A stretch of DNA of 64,000 bases from Candidatus Aminicenantes bacterium (GCA_011049545.1 DRHQ01000161.1:17032-81031); one strand, 5' to 3'; numbered from the stretch's first letter, positions 34,781 through 43,245 are shown. Numbers and translations: made by a program. The notes: generated from the letters alone by a model not told the origin.

Positions 34781-34953
34781 AAGGAAACTAATCCTCTATG
34801 CCAGTTTTTTTGCTTTCTCGGATGAATCAGGAAAACATAAAAAAGAAAGGACCGATAAATTTATCTTAAAGGAATCCTGGGGAAAATTTTTGCCACAGAG
34901 GAAAAGAATTATCGTGTGCGCTTAGACACAAAGTTGAAATAGGAAAAAGAGAT

Positions 34954-36324
34954 ATGGACTTTTTTGAGAACGCCCTCCGCACCATGGCCACTATAGTCTG
35001 GGGCCCTCAGACGGTTATCCTCCTCTTAGGAGTAGGATTTTTTCTAACCATCCGCCTGCGCTTTGTTCAGATTCGCCGTCTGGGACTTTCTTTCCGCTTT
35101 GGTCTTGGGCAGAAGGATTTTGGGGAAACCGCAAAGGAGCGCAAGGGCGATATTACGCCTTTCCAGTCCTTAACCACCTCTTTGGCCTGCACGGTTGGAA
35201 ACGGAAATATCGCAGGAGTCTGCACTGCAATCGCCATGGGCGGTCCCGGAGCAGTTTTCTGGATGTGGATCCTTGCCTTTGTCGGCATGGCCACAAAGCT
35301 TGTTGAAGCTGTTTTGGGGCAGAAATTTAAAACAATCGCTCCAGATGGCTCTGTGGCGGGTGGTCCCATGTACTACATAAGAGATGGGTTGAAACTCCCC
35401 TGGCTGGCAGGCATATATGCTTTCTTTATGGGCTGTAAGCCTCTTTTTGCAACCACTTCCATCCAATCCAACTCAATAGCCCTGGCTTTAAAGACACAAT
35501 TCGGATTAGAACCGTGGATTTCTGGCCTTGGCCTGGCTGTTCTGACCTGGCTGGTAATCGTCGGAGGAATTAAATCCATAGCTAAGGTGACAACATTTTT
35601 AAGCCCTTTTATGGTCTTCTTGTACATCTTTGGGGCCCTTTTTACCTTAATAGCCTTTGCCCCTCAGCTCCCCCACGCTTTCTACCTCATTTTCGTCGGA
35701 GCCTTCAAACCCTCAGCTATCGCAGGAGGAGTGGCAGGTATGACAGTAGCACGGGCTATCCGTTACGGCCTGGCCAGAGGCGCTTATTCCAACGAAGCCG
35801 GAACCGGAACAGCTGCTACCTTTCATGCCTCCTCCCAAACCAGCGAACCTGTACGGCAAGGATTAATCGCTTCTTTAGATGTTTTTATTGATACAATCGT
35901 TATCTGTTCCCTTACGGCTTTAGCAGTTCTTGTAACCGGAGTCTGGAACACAGGAATCACCAGCACAGCGATGACCGCTGCTGCTTTTAACGCCGCCTTG
36001 CCGAAGTACGGAGGCCTTATCGTAGCTGCGAGCTCTCTTCTTTTCGGATATTCCAGCTTGATTACAGTTCCTTACTATGGAGAAATTTCCTTTAAATATC
36101 TCCTGGGTTCCTGGATAAAGAAACCATTCCGCTGGATTTTTTGCCTCGTCATTTTCGCCGGAGCTGTGATGAAGGTTGAGGAGGCCTGGTCTATCGGTGA
36201 TGTATTCAATGGAATGATGGCTTTTACAAACCTAATCGGCCTGGTAGGATTGTCAGGAATGGCGCTTATGTTGGTAAAAAGCTATTTAAAAAAATTGGAC
36301 GCCGATAAAAATAAAAAATATTGA
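34954..36324 (+). CDS. alanine/glycine:cation symporter (AGCS family)
   Basis: 456 aa, polytopic. The TVGNGNIAGV motif is typical of sodium:alanine symporters. Confidence 0.9.
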   Translation: MDFFENALRTMATIVWGPQTVILLLGVGFFLTIRLRFVQIRRLGLSFRFGLGQKDFGETAKERKGDITPFQSLTTSLACTVGNGNIAGVCTAIAMGGPGAVFWMWILAFVGMATKLVEAVLGQKFKTIAPDGSVAGGPMYYIRDGLKLPWLAGIYAFFMGCKPLFATTSIQSNSIALALKTQFGLEPWISGLGLAVLTWLVIVGGIKSIAKVTTFLSPFMVFLYIFGALFTLIAFAPQLPHAFYLIFVGAFKPSAIAGGVAGMTVARAIRYGLARGAYSNEAGTGTAATFHASSQTSEPVRQGLIASLDVFIDTIVICSLTALAVLVTGVWNTGITSTAMTAAAFNAALPKYGGLIVAASSLLFGYSSLITVPYYGEISFKYLLGSWIKKPFRWIFCLVIFAGAVMKVEEAWSIGDVFNGMMAFTNLIGLVGLSGMALMLVKSYLKKLDADKNKKY

Positions 36325-36386
36325 TAAAGCTTATCCCTTAGCAATATTTGTCGTTGCGTACGCAGCCCGACAATCTAATAGGATAT

Positions 36387-36506
36387 GTCATTGCGAGGTG
36401 CACAGCGACGCGGCAATCTCAACCTTTTTTTATGAGATTGCCACGCTCCCTTCGGTCGCTCGCAATGACAGGCGAAGGAATCTTCCGCGTCCCTCGCAAT
36501 GACAGG
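36387..36506. repeat. nested palindromic repeat element (CTCGCAATGAC family)
   Basis: GTCATTGCGAGG (36387-36398) is inverted relative to CTCGCAATGACAGG at 36459-36472 and 36493-36506. The inner 10-bp hairpin is GGCAATCTCA/TGAGATTGCC (36412-36442). Confidence 0.7.
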
Positions 36507-36667
36507 CTAAGGAATCTCATAAAAAATACTGAGCTATCCGCCACTCTGGGTGTTTGCTTGGGAGCTGATACTCCGCTTAAAGTAATTTAGACAACTCCCA
36601 ATGTTGACTAAAGGTGCGAAATAAACTATTTTTTTTATTTAGGACTTCCTCCAAATAATTATACTTC

Positions 36668-37963
36668 ATGCAAGTCAAGATAAAGACATATAAGAAAAAA
36701 AGAAAAACTCGGCGTATACATCTTTTATTATTTATATTCCTCTCTTTCTCGCTATTCATTATTTTGACCTTCCTTCATAAGGAAAAACCTTTGCTCGAAG
36801 AGGAAAAAGATGCTCAGCAACAAGAAGTTTTTTTTGTCCTCCCGCCTTTGGAAGAAAAAAAAGAGGTCATCCGAAGAGGGATGACCCTGACAGATATTTT
36901 GAAGCCCTACAATCTCTCCACCGCTGAAATACATGCATTGATAAAAGATGTAAAACCTGTCTATGACCTGGCCAAAATAAGAGCTGGCCAAGAGCTCAGA
37001 ATTTTTTCCTCTCCACAGGGAGATTTCTTTTCCTTAGAGTACGATATCAATGAGGAAAATTATCTTCACATCAAGAAAAAAGAGGGCACCTATGGAGCTG
37101 AAATAAAAAAAACTCCCTATGATATAAGGGTCAAGGCGATCTGGGGGATCATCGAGGAGAATCTCATCTTTGCCGTACGAGATAAAAACGAGGGAGTTAT
37201 CCTGGCTCTTAACCTCGCTGAACTTTTTGCCTGGGATATCGATTTTTATGCTGATCTTCGCCGCGGTGACTCGTTCAAAATCATATTCGAGAAGAAATAT
37301 CTCAACGGCGAATTTGTCGGCTACGAAAATATTCTAGCTGCAGAATTTGTCAATCAAGGCAAGAAATCCCTGGCTTTCCACTACACCTACCCTGACACTA
37401 AAAGCTCGGATTATTTCGATCTTGAAGGCGGGTCTTTAAGGAAACAATTCCTGAAATCTCCGATAAGGTACAGCCGGATCACTTCCCGCTTCAGCCGCAG
37501 GAGGCTGCATCCGATTCGCAAGGTTTACCGCCCCCACTACGGAGTGGATTATGCGGCCAGCGTCGGAACCTCGGTCCAGGTAACTGCAGACGGAACCGTC
37601 ACTTTTGCCGGACGGAGAGGAGCTTCAGGCCGCATGATCAGCGTCCGTCATAAAAACAGGTATGAAACCATGTACCTCCATCTTAGAGGTTATGCAGCAG
37701 GGGTAAGAAAGGGGAAAAAAGTCAAGGGAGGGCAGGAAATCGGGTACGTGGGTTCATCGGGGGAGTCGACCGGCCCCCATCTGGACTACAGAATCAAGAA
37801 AGACGGAAGATACATCAATCCTCTACTCTTCAATCCCGAACCCGTAAAACCCCTAAGAGCAGAATTTCTGGATGATTTTAAGAAAAAAGCCGGGAGTTAT
37901 TCTCTTTGTTTCGAGGCCCCTCAGATCATATTTTCATGTTTCAGCAATTTTTTTATCCCATAA
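36668..37963 (+). CDS. M23 family peptidoglycan metalloendopeptidase
   Basis: 431 aa. N-terminal TM anchor. HYGVDYAA and GESTGPHLDY motifs. Confidence 0.9.
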   Translation: MQVKIKTYKKKRKTRRIHLLLFIFLSFSLFIILTFLHKEKPLLEEEKDAQQQEVFFVLPPLEEKKEVIRRGMTLTDILKPYNLSTAEIHALIKDVKPVYDLAKIRAGQELRIFSSPQGDFFSLEYDINEENYLHIKKKEGTYGAEIKKTPYDIRVKAIWGIIEENLIFAVRDKNEGVILALNLAELFAWDIDFYADLRRGDSFKIIFEKKYLNGEFVGYENILAAEFVNQGKKSLAFHYTYPDTKSSDYFDLEGGSLRKQFLKSPIRYSRITSRFSRRRLHPIRKVYRPHYGVDYAASVGTSVQVTADGTVTFAGRRGASGRMISVRHKNRYETMYLHLRGYAAGVRKGKKVKGGQEIGYVGSSGESTGPHLDYRIKKDGRYINPLLFNPEPVKPLRAEFLDDFKKKAGSYSLCFEAPQIIFSCFSNFFIP

Positions 37964-37995
37964 CTCATCCAAATGGGGTCAGAGTTGTTCTGTTC

Positions 37996-40035
37996 CTATT
38001 TTTTCACAGCGCCGCCGCTTGAGGCTCCTTTGGAGCTGCTTCCAGAGCTTTTGCTGCCTGAAGAGCCCGTGCTCTGGGAGAACCCAGAGGAGGATCCTGA
38101 CGAAGAAGAGGACGCTCCTGAATTTGAGAAAGAGCCGCTTCCTGAGGAAGAAAAACTCCCTTTGCGACCGATAGAACCGCGGCTACCCACATTCTTTGAA
38201 GACAGGAGCAGTTCCGGACAGCGGATTTCATTGTTTCTGCTGAAATACTTGATAGTAACTCCTATTCTGCGGGCCATTCCAACATCAGGATTCCAATCTC
38301 TGAAACGCATGGAAGAGCCAAGGCTAGTCGATTTTGAGATGTTTGATATACTCTTTTCCACTTTGTGAAGTGAAGTCTTTTTCGCGGGCGAAGTGATTCT
38401 TGGTTTGCTTACTTTAATTTTGGAACCAACTGGCATCTTTTGAGTCTTAAGGCTTCCTGCTTTATCAAAGGCGGACTTCTTATTCTTGTTCAATGAAGAA
38501 GTTATATAACCCCTGTAATAAGATTCTATCTGACCTTTATTATCCCTAAGAGAACCTCTGAAGGCATTCAGCTTGAAAGTATCAACTGCCTCTTGATAAG
38601 CGTTTTTAGAGGATTTCCTAGAAAGGAATTCTTTTTGTTCTTTTAAGGGAATTTCTCGAAGCTTTAGGGCTTTCTCCTGGATTCTCCTTGAATTTAAATC
38701 TTGTTTTTTTACTATAACTATATGTTCAGGAATTTTACCCAAGGAATCGAGAACTCTCGTATCTCCCCTCTTTAATGCCGAGATTGCCTTTTTGTAGACT
38801 CTCTTTAATTCTTTTGGCATTGTGTAGGTAGGGTCTCCTTTCTTTTTCAACTGTTTCTTACTAATGACTGTAATCTTTTTTACGCTTTTTCCCGTGGCCG
38901 AAATCGTACCAATCCCTCCCCCGTAGCCATAATAAGAGGAATTCCAATCCCATAACGTCCAGGGCCTCCAGCTATAATAATCCATGGTGAGGTCCCAAGT
39001 CGCCCAGGCTGGAGCAAAGGCAGATCCAGGCATCCATACCCAGCCATATTTCTTGCTCCATAACCAGACTCCCAGATGATAGGGAACCCAGCCCCACTTC
39101 TCTTCAGGCACCCAGAAGAGCTGGCCGTTAAGTTCTCTCCAACTCCCATAATAGTAAGGTTGCCAGTTTCCCCAGGGGTAATAATCGTTGTAAGAGGACC
39201 GCCAGACATAGCCGCAAAAATCGTCCCAAACCCATTCTCCATAGAGGTTCGAGTATTTTTGAGCAAAATAGATGACAGCCTTGGGATATCTATGGATGGG
39301 TTTGGGGATAGGACTTACTCCTTCATGAAGGTCTTCGAAATTGGTATTCACCCATTCATTCCAAAGCTCAAAATCAACATCCTCCTTGTATTCTCCTTCA
39401 AGAGCCTGGTGCTTTTTGGTGATAGTTAATTTCCCTAACTTTTTTATCTTTTTTTCGTCGATGTTTTGCTCATCAGGTCCGTAGACCACATAGGCCCTCC
39501 CCAGCTTGACCTGGATGTCTGTGCTTTCATCTTCTCTGACATTTATCATGGTCACTGTCCGGTTTTTCATTTTCACAGCAGCGGTAGGAGTTATCACCTG
39601 AAAAATCTCAGGAATTCTATACCTTTTATACATGATGTAGACCTGGCCTTTATTAAGAACAAAATTGGTGAGCTTCTTCGATGAACTGAGGCTCTGGGCC
39701 AGAATGGTTTCAATCTTCAGTTCCGTCGCCACGTCAAGCCTTATGATTGTTCCTGTGTCAAATTGAATTTCGCATCTTCTCCTCTCAGTCGTCCTGATAA
39801 TATCTCCGGGGGCTAGAGGAAAATTAAGGACAGCAACTTCAGCCTCTTTCGCCCCCACTCTCAGGACTACCGGGTCTTTTCCATCATGCATGACCTCAGT
39901 GTAGCTAATGTGTCCGAAATAGATATCTGTTTCAGGCGAATAGACATATTTATAATTGGATTTGGAATAAGTGAAACAGGGGATAAAAAGGATTAAAACA
40001 AAAACTCCGAGAGAAACAAGTTTCTTTGTTCTCAT
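37996..40035 (-). CDS. secreted FecR-like domain protein with Trp/Tyr-rich repeats and a Ser/Gly-rich tail
   Basis: 679 aa. Signal peptide. The N-terminal beta-rich region resembles a FecR domain. A central W/Y-rich segment (YGEWVWDD..WGWVPYHLGVWLW). About 55 aa of S/G low complexity at the C-terminus. Confidence 0.5.
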   Translation of the reverse strand: MRTKKLVSLGVFVLILFIPCFTYSKSNYKYVYSPETDIYFGHISYTEVMHDGKDPVVLRVGAKEAEVAVLNFPLAPGDIIRTTERRRCEIQFDTGTIIRLDVATELKIETILAQSLSSSKKLTNFVLNKGQVYIMYKRYRIPEIFQVITPTAAVKMKNRTVTMINVREDESTDIQVKLGRAYVVYGPDEQNIDEKKIKKLGKLTITKKHQALEGEYKEDVDFELWNEWVNTNFEDLHEGVSPIPKPIHRYPKAVIYFAQKYSNLYGEWVWDDFCGYVWRSSYNDYYPWGNWQPYYYGSWRELNGQLFWVPEEKWGWVPYHLGVWLWSKKYGWVWMPGSAFAPAWATWDLTMDYYSWRPWTLWDWNSSYYGYGGGIGTISATGKSVKKITVISKKQLKKKGDPTYTMPKELKRVYKKAISALKRGDTRVLDSLGKIPEHIVIVKKQDLNSRRIQEKALKLREIPLKEQKEFLSRKSSKNAYQEAVDTFKLNAFRGSLRDNKGQIESYYRGYITSSLNKNKKSAFDKAGSLKTQKMPVGSKIKVSKPRITSPAKKTSLHKVEKSISNISKSTSLGSSMRFRDWNPDVGMARRIGVTIKYFSRNNEIRCPELLLSSKNVGSRGSIGRKGSFSSSGSGSFSNSGASSSSSGSSSGFSQSTGSSGSKSSGSSSKGASSGGAVKK

Positions 40036-40165
40036 GGTTCCCTCCGTAAACAGGATCTTTTGCTGGACATTCTATATAAAGCTTCTGCAATCTTTATGCC
40101 AAATAGTATTAGGCTAAAGCGAAGCTTCTAAGTTGTTTTTTTGTCCTCTTTTACAGCCAGCTGTA

Positions 40166-40508
40166 TCCAAACGGGGTCAGGCTTGCGAAACTTGTCCAAA
40201 CGGGGTCAGGCTTGCGAAACTTGTATAACTAATAATCGGCTGAGTCAGACTTTCAAAATCTTGGTAATTCTGCTCGACCTTTAAGGCAGGGGCAAAATAA
40301 TGCAAGTCCAAACGGGGTCAGACCTTGAAAACTTGGATTTTCAATTTTCGAAAAAAATCTAAGTTACAGAAGTTTGGGAGGCCTGACCCCACTTATGTGG
40401 AGACCTGACCCCCAATTCGGCAAAATAATGCAAGTTTTGCAAGTCTGACCCCACTTATTTCAATTCGGCAAAATAATGCAAGTTTTGCAAGTCTGACCCC
40501 ACTTATTT
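40166..40508. repeat. cluster of family-2 GGGGTCAGRCTTGCRAAACTTG repeats in convergent orientation
   Basis: Tandem 29-bp copies at 40166-40194 and 40195-40223, with further forward copies near 40240 and 40308. Inverted copies run from 40377 on and include tandem 48-bp units at 40413-40460 and 40461-40508. Confidence 0.85.
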
Positions 40509-40518
40509 CCACTTATTG

Positions 40519-40547
40519 TTGACTTTTGAGGAGCGAGAAATTAGAAT
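40519..40547 (+). promoter_or_regulatory. sigma70-type promoter for fbp
   Basis: TTGACT (40519-40524), 17-nt spacer, TAGAAT (40542-40547). AGGAGGAGG SD before ATG 40590. Confidence 0.55.
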
Positions 40548-40589
40548 GATTTTTCCCCCAAAAAAATATATGCCTAGGAGGAGGTTTCT

Positions 40590-41690
40590 ATGAAAATCAC
40601 CCTTAGTGTGATAAAAGCAGACATAGGCAGCATTGGCGGTCACATAACACCCAGCCAGGCCCTTCTTGATGAAGTCAAGAACTTTGTTAAGGAGAACGGC
40701 AAGAATCTTATTATTGATTTCTTCATAAGTCATACTGGAGATGATATCGCAATTTTAAGCACTCATGAGAGAGGCGTCTCTGATGAAAAAATACATAAAA
40801 TGGCCTGGGACGCATTTATTTCCGGGACCGAAGTTGCCAAAAAACAAGGACTTTATGGGGCAGGACAGGACCTGTTGAAAGATTCCTTCAGCGGAAACAT
40901 AAAAGGAATGGGCCCTGCTGTTGCCGAGATGGAATTTGAAGAGCGGCCCAACGAGCCCTTCCTCTTTTTTGCCGCTGACAAAACTGATCCTGGTGCCTAC
41001 AACCTTCCTTTCTACTTAGGCTTTGTTGATCCCATGTACTGCGCAGGGCTAATTTTAAGCCCTAAAATGAGTGACGGGTTCACTTTCCATATTATCGATG
41101 TCGAACACACGGAAAAGGATAAAATTGTTGAACTGAACGCTCCTGAAGAAATTTATGATATCGCAGCTTTACTCCGGGACAATGAAAGATATGTCATCGA
41201 GAGTATCTACTCCCGGAACACTGGAAATCAAGGTGTAGCTATTTCCACAACGCGCCTCCACAACATCGCTGGAAAATATACTGGGAAAGATGATCCGGTG
41301 GCTTTATGCCGTGTTCAGGGAGAATTCCCTGCAACTGGAGAGGTGCTGGCTCCTTATCAAATCGGTCACTATGTAGCCGGATTTATGAGAGGAAGTCACA
41401 TTGGACCTCTCATGCCCTGCAAGCAGAATGCAACCATCTCCTTTTTTGACGGACCTCCAGTCGTAACAGCAGCAGCTTTTTGTGTCAAAGAAGGAAAGCT
41501 TACAGAACCTGCTGATGCCTTCGATCATCCTTATTGGGATTATGTGAGAGATCAGGTATCTGAAAAAGCAACTGCCATAAGACGGCAAGGTTTCTCCGGA
41601 GCAGCAATGCTTCCTTACAGCGAGCTTGAATACGGAGGCATTGTCGAGAAGTTAGAAAAGCTGGAAAAGAAATTCAAAATTCGAGATTAA
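40590..41690 (+). CDS. fbp: fructose-1,6-bisphosphate aldolase/phosphatase (class V FBPase)
   Basis: 366 aa. The N-terminus MKITLSVIKADIGSIGGH is characteristic of the archaeal-type bifunctional enzyme. Confidence 0.9.
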   Translation: MKITLSVIKADIGSIGGHITPSQALLDEVKNFVKENGKNLIIDFFISHTGDDIAILSTHERGVSDEKIHKMAWDAFISGTEVAKKQGLYGAGQDLLKDSFSGNIKGMGPAVAEMEFEERPNEPFLFFAADKTDPGAYNLPFYLGFVDPMYCAGLILSPKMSDGFTFHIIDVEHTEKDKIVELNAPEEIYDIAALLRDNERYVIESIYSRNTGNQGVAISTTRLHNIAGKYTGKDDPVALCRVQGEFPATGEVLAPYQIGHYVAGFMRGSHIGPLMPCKQNATISFFDGPPVVTAAAFCVKEGKLTEPADAFDHPYWDYVRDQVSEKATAIRRQGFSGAAMLPYSELEYGGIVEKLEKLEKKFKIRD

Positions 41691-41772
41691 AAAAGCTCTG
41701 AAACTGTAATTCGCTCCAAACGGTCATATTTCTCTTAAGGTCCTCAGCAATATAAATCTAATTAGAATCATC

Positions 41773-42195
41773 ATGAAAAAAAACAAGTGCCCAATCCCCA
41801 CCGTAGATATTATCATCGAAATCACAAGAAAGAACGGGCAGGAAGGGATTATTCTTATTAAAAGGAAAAATCCTCCTCATGGTTGGGCTCTGCCAGGAGG
41901 ATTTGTTGACGTCGGTGAATCCTTAGAAGAAGCAGCTGTTCGGGAGGCTAAGGAAGAAACATCTCTTGATATCAAACTAAAAAACCAGTTCCACACCTAT
42001 TCGGACCCGAAGCGCGATCCCCGGAAGCATACAATTTCAACAGTATATGTGGCCACGGCTCAGGGAAGGCCGAGAGCTCAGGATGATGCCCTGGATATCC
42101 GGATATTCACCCAGGAGGAAATCAACTTTCCTCTTGCCTTCGACCATAAAAAGATATTAGCTGACTATTTCAATCAAATAAATGAATATTATTAA
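41773..42195 (+). CDS. NUDIX hydrolase
   Basis: Nudix box [24 protein letters not shown]. Confidence 0.9.
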   Translation: MKKNKCPIPTVDIIIEITRKNGQEGIILIKRKNPPHGWALPGGFVDVGESLEEAAVREAKEETSLDIKLKNQFHTYSDPKRDPRKHTISTVYVATAQGRPRAQDDALDIRIFTQEEINFPLAFDHKKILADYFNQINEYY

Positions 42196-42255
42196 TACAT
42201 TCTTATGCTCAATCACGCTCCTTCGATCACAATGACAAAAGAATAGAAAAGGGAA

Positions 42256-42507
42256 ATGGATAAAATAAAAGAAAAAGAGAAAAAATCAGAAGAAGATTTA
42301 GGGCTAAAAGAAGTTCATACAGTCTGGGGCCCGGTTGAAGCTGATGTGATTAAAAGTTTTCTCCAAAGCAACGGAATTTCCTGCCTTCTTAGAGGAAGAG
42401 TGGTTCAATCTGTCCATCCGTTTTCCACGGATGGCCTGGGAGAGGTAAAAATTCTTGTCCCCAAAAAAGACTATGCCCTTGCCAAAAAACTCCTTAAAAA
42501 CAAATAA
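42256..42507 (+). CDS. DUF2007-like small protein
   Basis: 83 aa. The pattern ..EADVIKSFLQSNGI.. and the length resemble the putative signal-transducing DUF2007 family. Confidence 0.5.
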   Translation: MDKIKEKEKKSEEDLGLKEVHTVWGPVEADVIKSFLQSNGISCLLRGRVVQSVHPFSTDGLGEVKILVPKKDYALAKKLLKNK

Positions 42508-42534
42508 GGGGATAGCTCAGGGAATCAATATTGA

Positions 42535-43040
42535 CTGTAGGAACATTATTTATCAAGCCCCTACAGAAGAAGAATCCCGCCAGATGAATCAAAACCTTTC
42601 AGTTTATTTATATATTTGAAAAGGTGGGTTTGATGAATCAAACCCCTACAAGAATCAAGCCCCTACATAAAAATCCCAACCTAAGAAGAATCAAAACCTT
42701 TCAGTTTATTGATATATTTGAAAAGGCGGGTTTGATGAATCAAACCCCTACAGAAGAAAAACCCCATCAATAGAAGAAACATCCGCACAGATAAATCAAA
42801 TCCAGACATAAGAAAAACCAAAACCTTTCAGTTTATTTATATATTTACAAAGGTGGGTTTGATGAATCAAACCCCTACAGAAGAATCCCAACAGAAGAAG
42901 GATCCGGACAGATGAATCCGTATATAAGAAGAACCAAATACAGACATAAGAAAAATAAAAAACCTTTCAGTTTATTGATATATTCAAAAAGGTGGGTTTG
43001 ATGAATCAAACCCCTACAGAAGAATATGTACATAAGAATA
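42535..43040 (-). repeat. tandem array of GTAG-hairpin (REP-like) elements, opposite orientation
   Basis: Four full copies with hairpin GGGTTTGA-TGAA-TCAAACCC followed by CTAC (42626-42649, 42728-42751, 42855-42878, 42994-43017). Two partial copies near 42553 and 42655. Confidence 0.9.
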
Positions 43041-43183
43041 AAATTCCCACAAAACCCACTACATAATATAAACCAAACATCCACAGAACAACCAAAATAT
43101 AACTCTCTATATAGTAGCCAATCATAAATTCCCACAATATATAGAAAACAAAAAAATATATGGTTTTTTTTTGAATTATTTCC

Positions 43184-43212
43184 TTGACAACAGACAGTAT
43201 CTCCCCTATATT
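43184..43212 (+). promoter_or_regulatory. sigma70-type promoter of the dcw cluster (Pmra-like)
   Basis: TTGACA (43184-43189), 17-nt spacer, TATATT (43207-43212). Confidence 0.6.
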
Positions 43213-43220
43213 TTACAAAA

Positions 43221-43245
43221 TGGGATAAAACGGGACAAAATGGGA
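43221..43245 (+). promoter_or_regulatory. putative MraZ operator: three YGGGA boxes at 10-bp spacing
   Basis: TGGGA-TAAAA-CGGGA-CAAAA-TGGGA. It lies just downstream of the -10 and overlaps the mraZ ATG. Confidence 0.55.

Noticed and set aside
34781-34953. Glycine riboswitch upstream of the alanine/glycine symporter gene
   Set aside because: Such transporters are often glycine-riboswitch controlled, and there is a faint TCAGGAAAAC..AAAGGACCG resemblance. However, the conserved CCGAAGGGGCAA-type core and the paired P1/P3 helices are not visible. A covariance-model scan would settle it.
36348-36590. 80-aa ORF (..VIARCTATRQSQ..LRSLAMT..)
   Set aside because: It is a translation of the nested palindromic CTCGCAATGAC repeat element. 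Such repeat-derived ORFs are a recurrent annotation artefact.
37973-38368. 131-aa acidic, Pro/Glu-rich ORF on the plus strand
   Set aside because: It is antisense to the Ser/Gly-rich tail of the 679-aa secreted protein. AGC/GGA-rich low complexity produces GCT/TCC-type open frames on the opposite strand.
42535-43040. Possible CRISPR array (regularly spaced repeats with a hairpin); the same question applies to 33538-33865
   Set aside because: The conserved unit is about 60-65 nt, longer than typical CRISPR repeats. The spacers are themselves degenerate copies of short motifs (ACAGAAGAA / ACATAAGAA) rather than unique sequences. The spacing is irregular (85-138 bp). No cas genes are present in the window.
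42875-43135. 86-aa minus-strand ORF inside the 42.5-kb repeat array
   Set aside because: It is composed entirely of repeat units, has no SD, and its hydrophobicity is low-complexity and derives from the T-rich strand.
43171-43239. Longer mraZ ORF starting at TTG 43171
   Set aside because: The extension covers the -35/-10 promoter and the operator boxes. The MraZ homology begins at MGNFLLG (ATG 43240).
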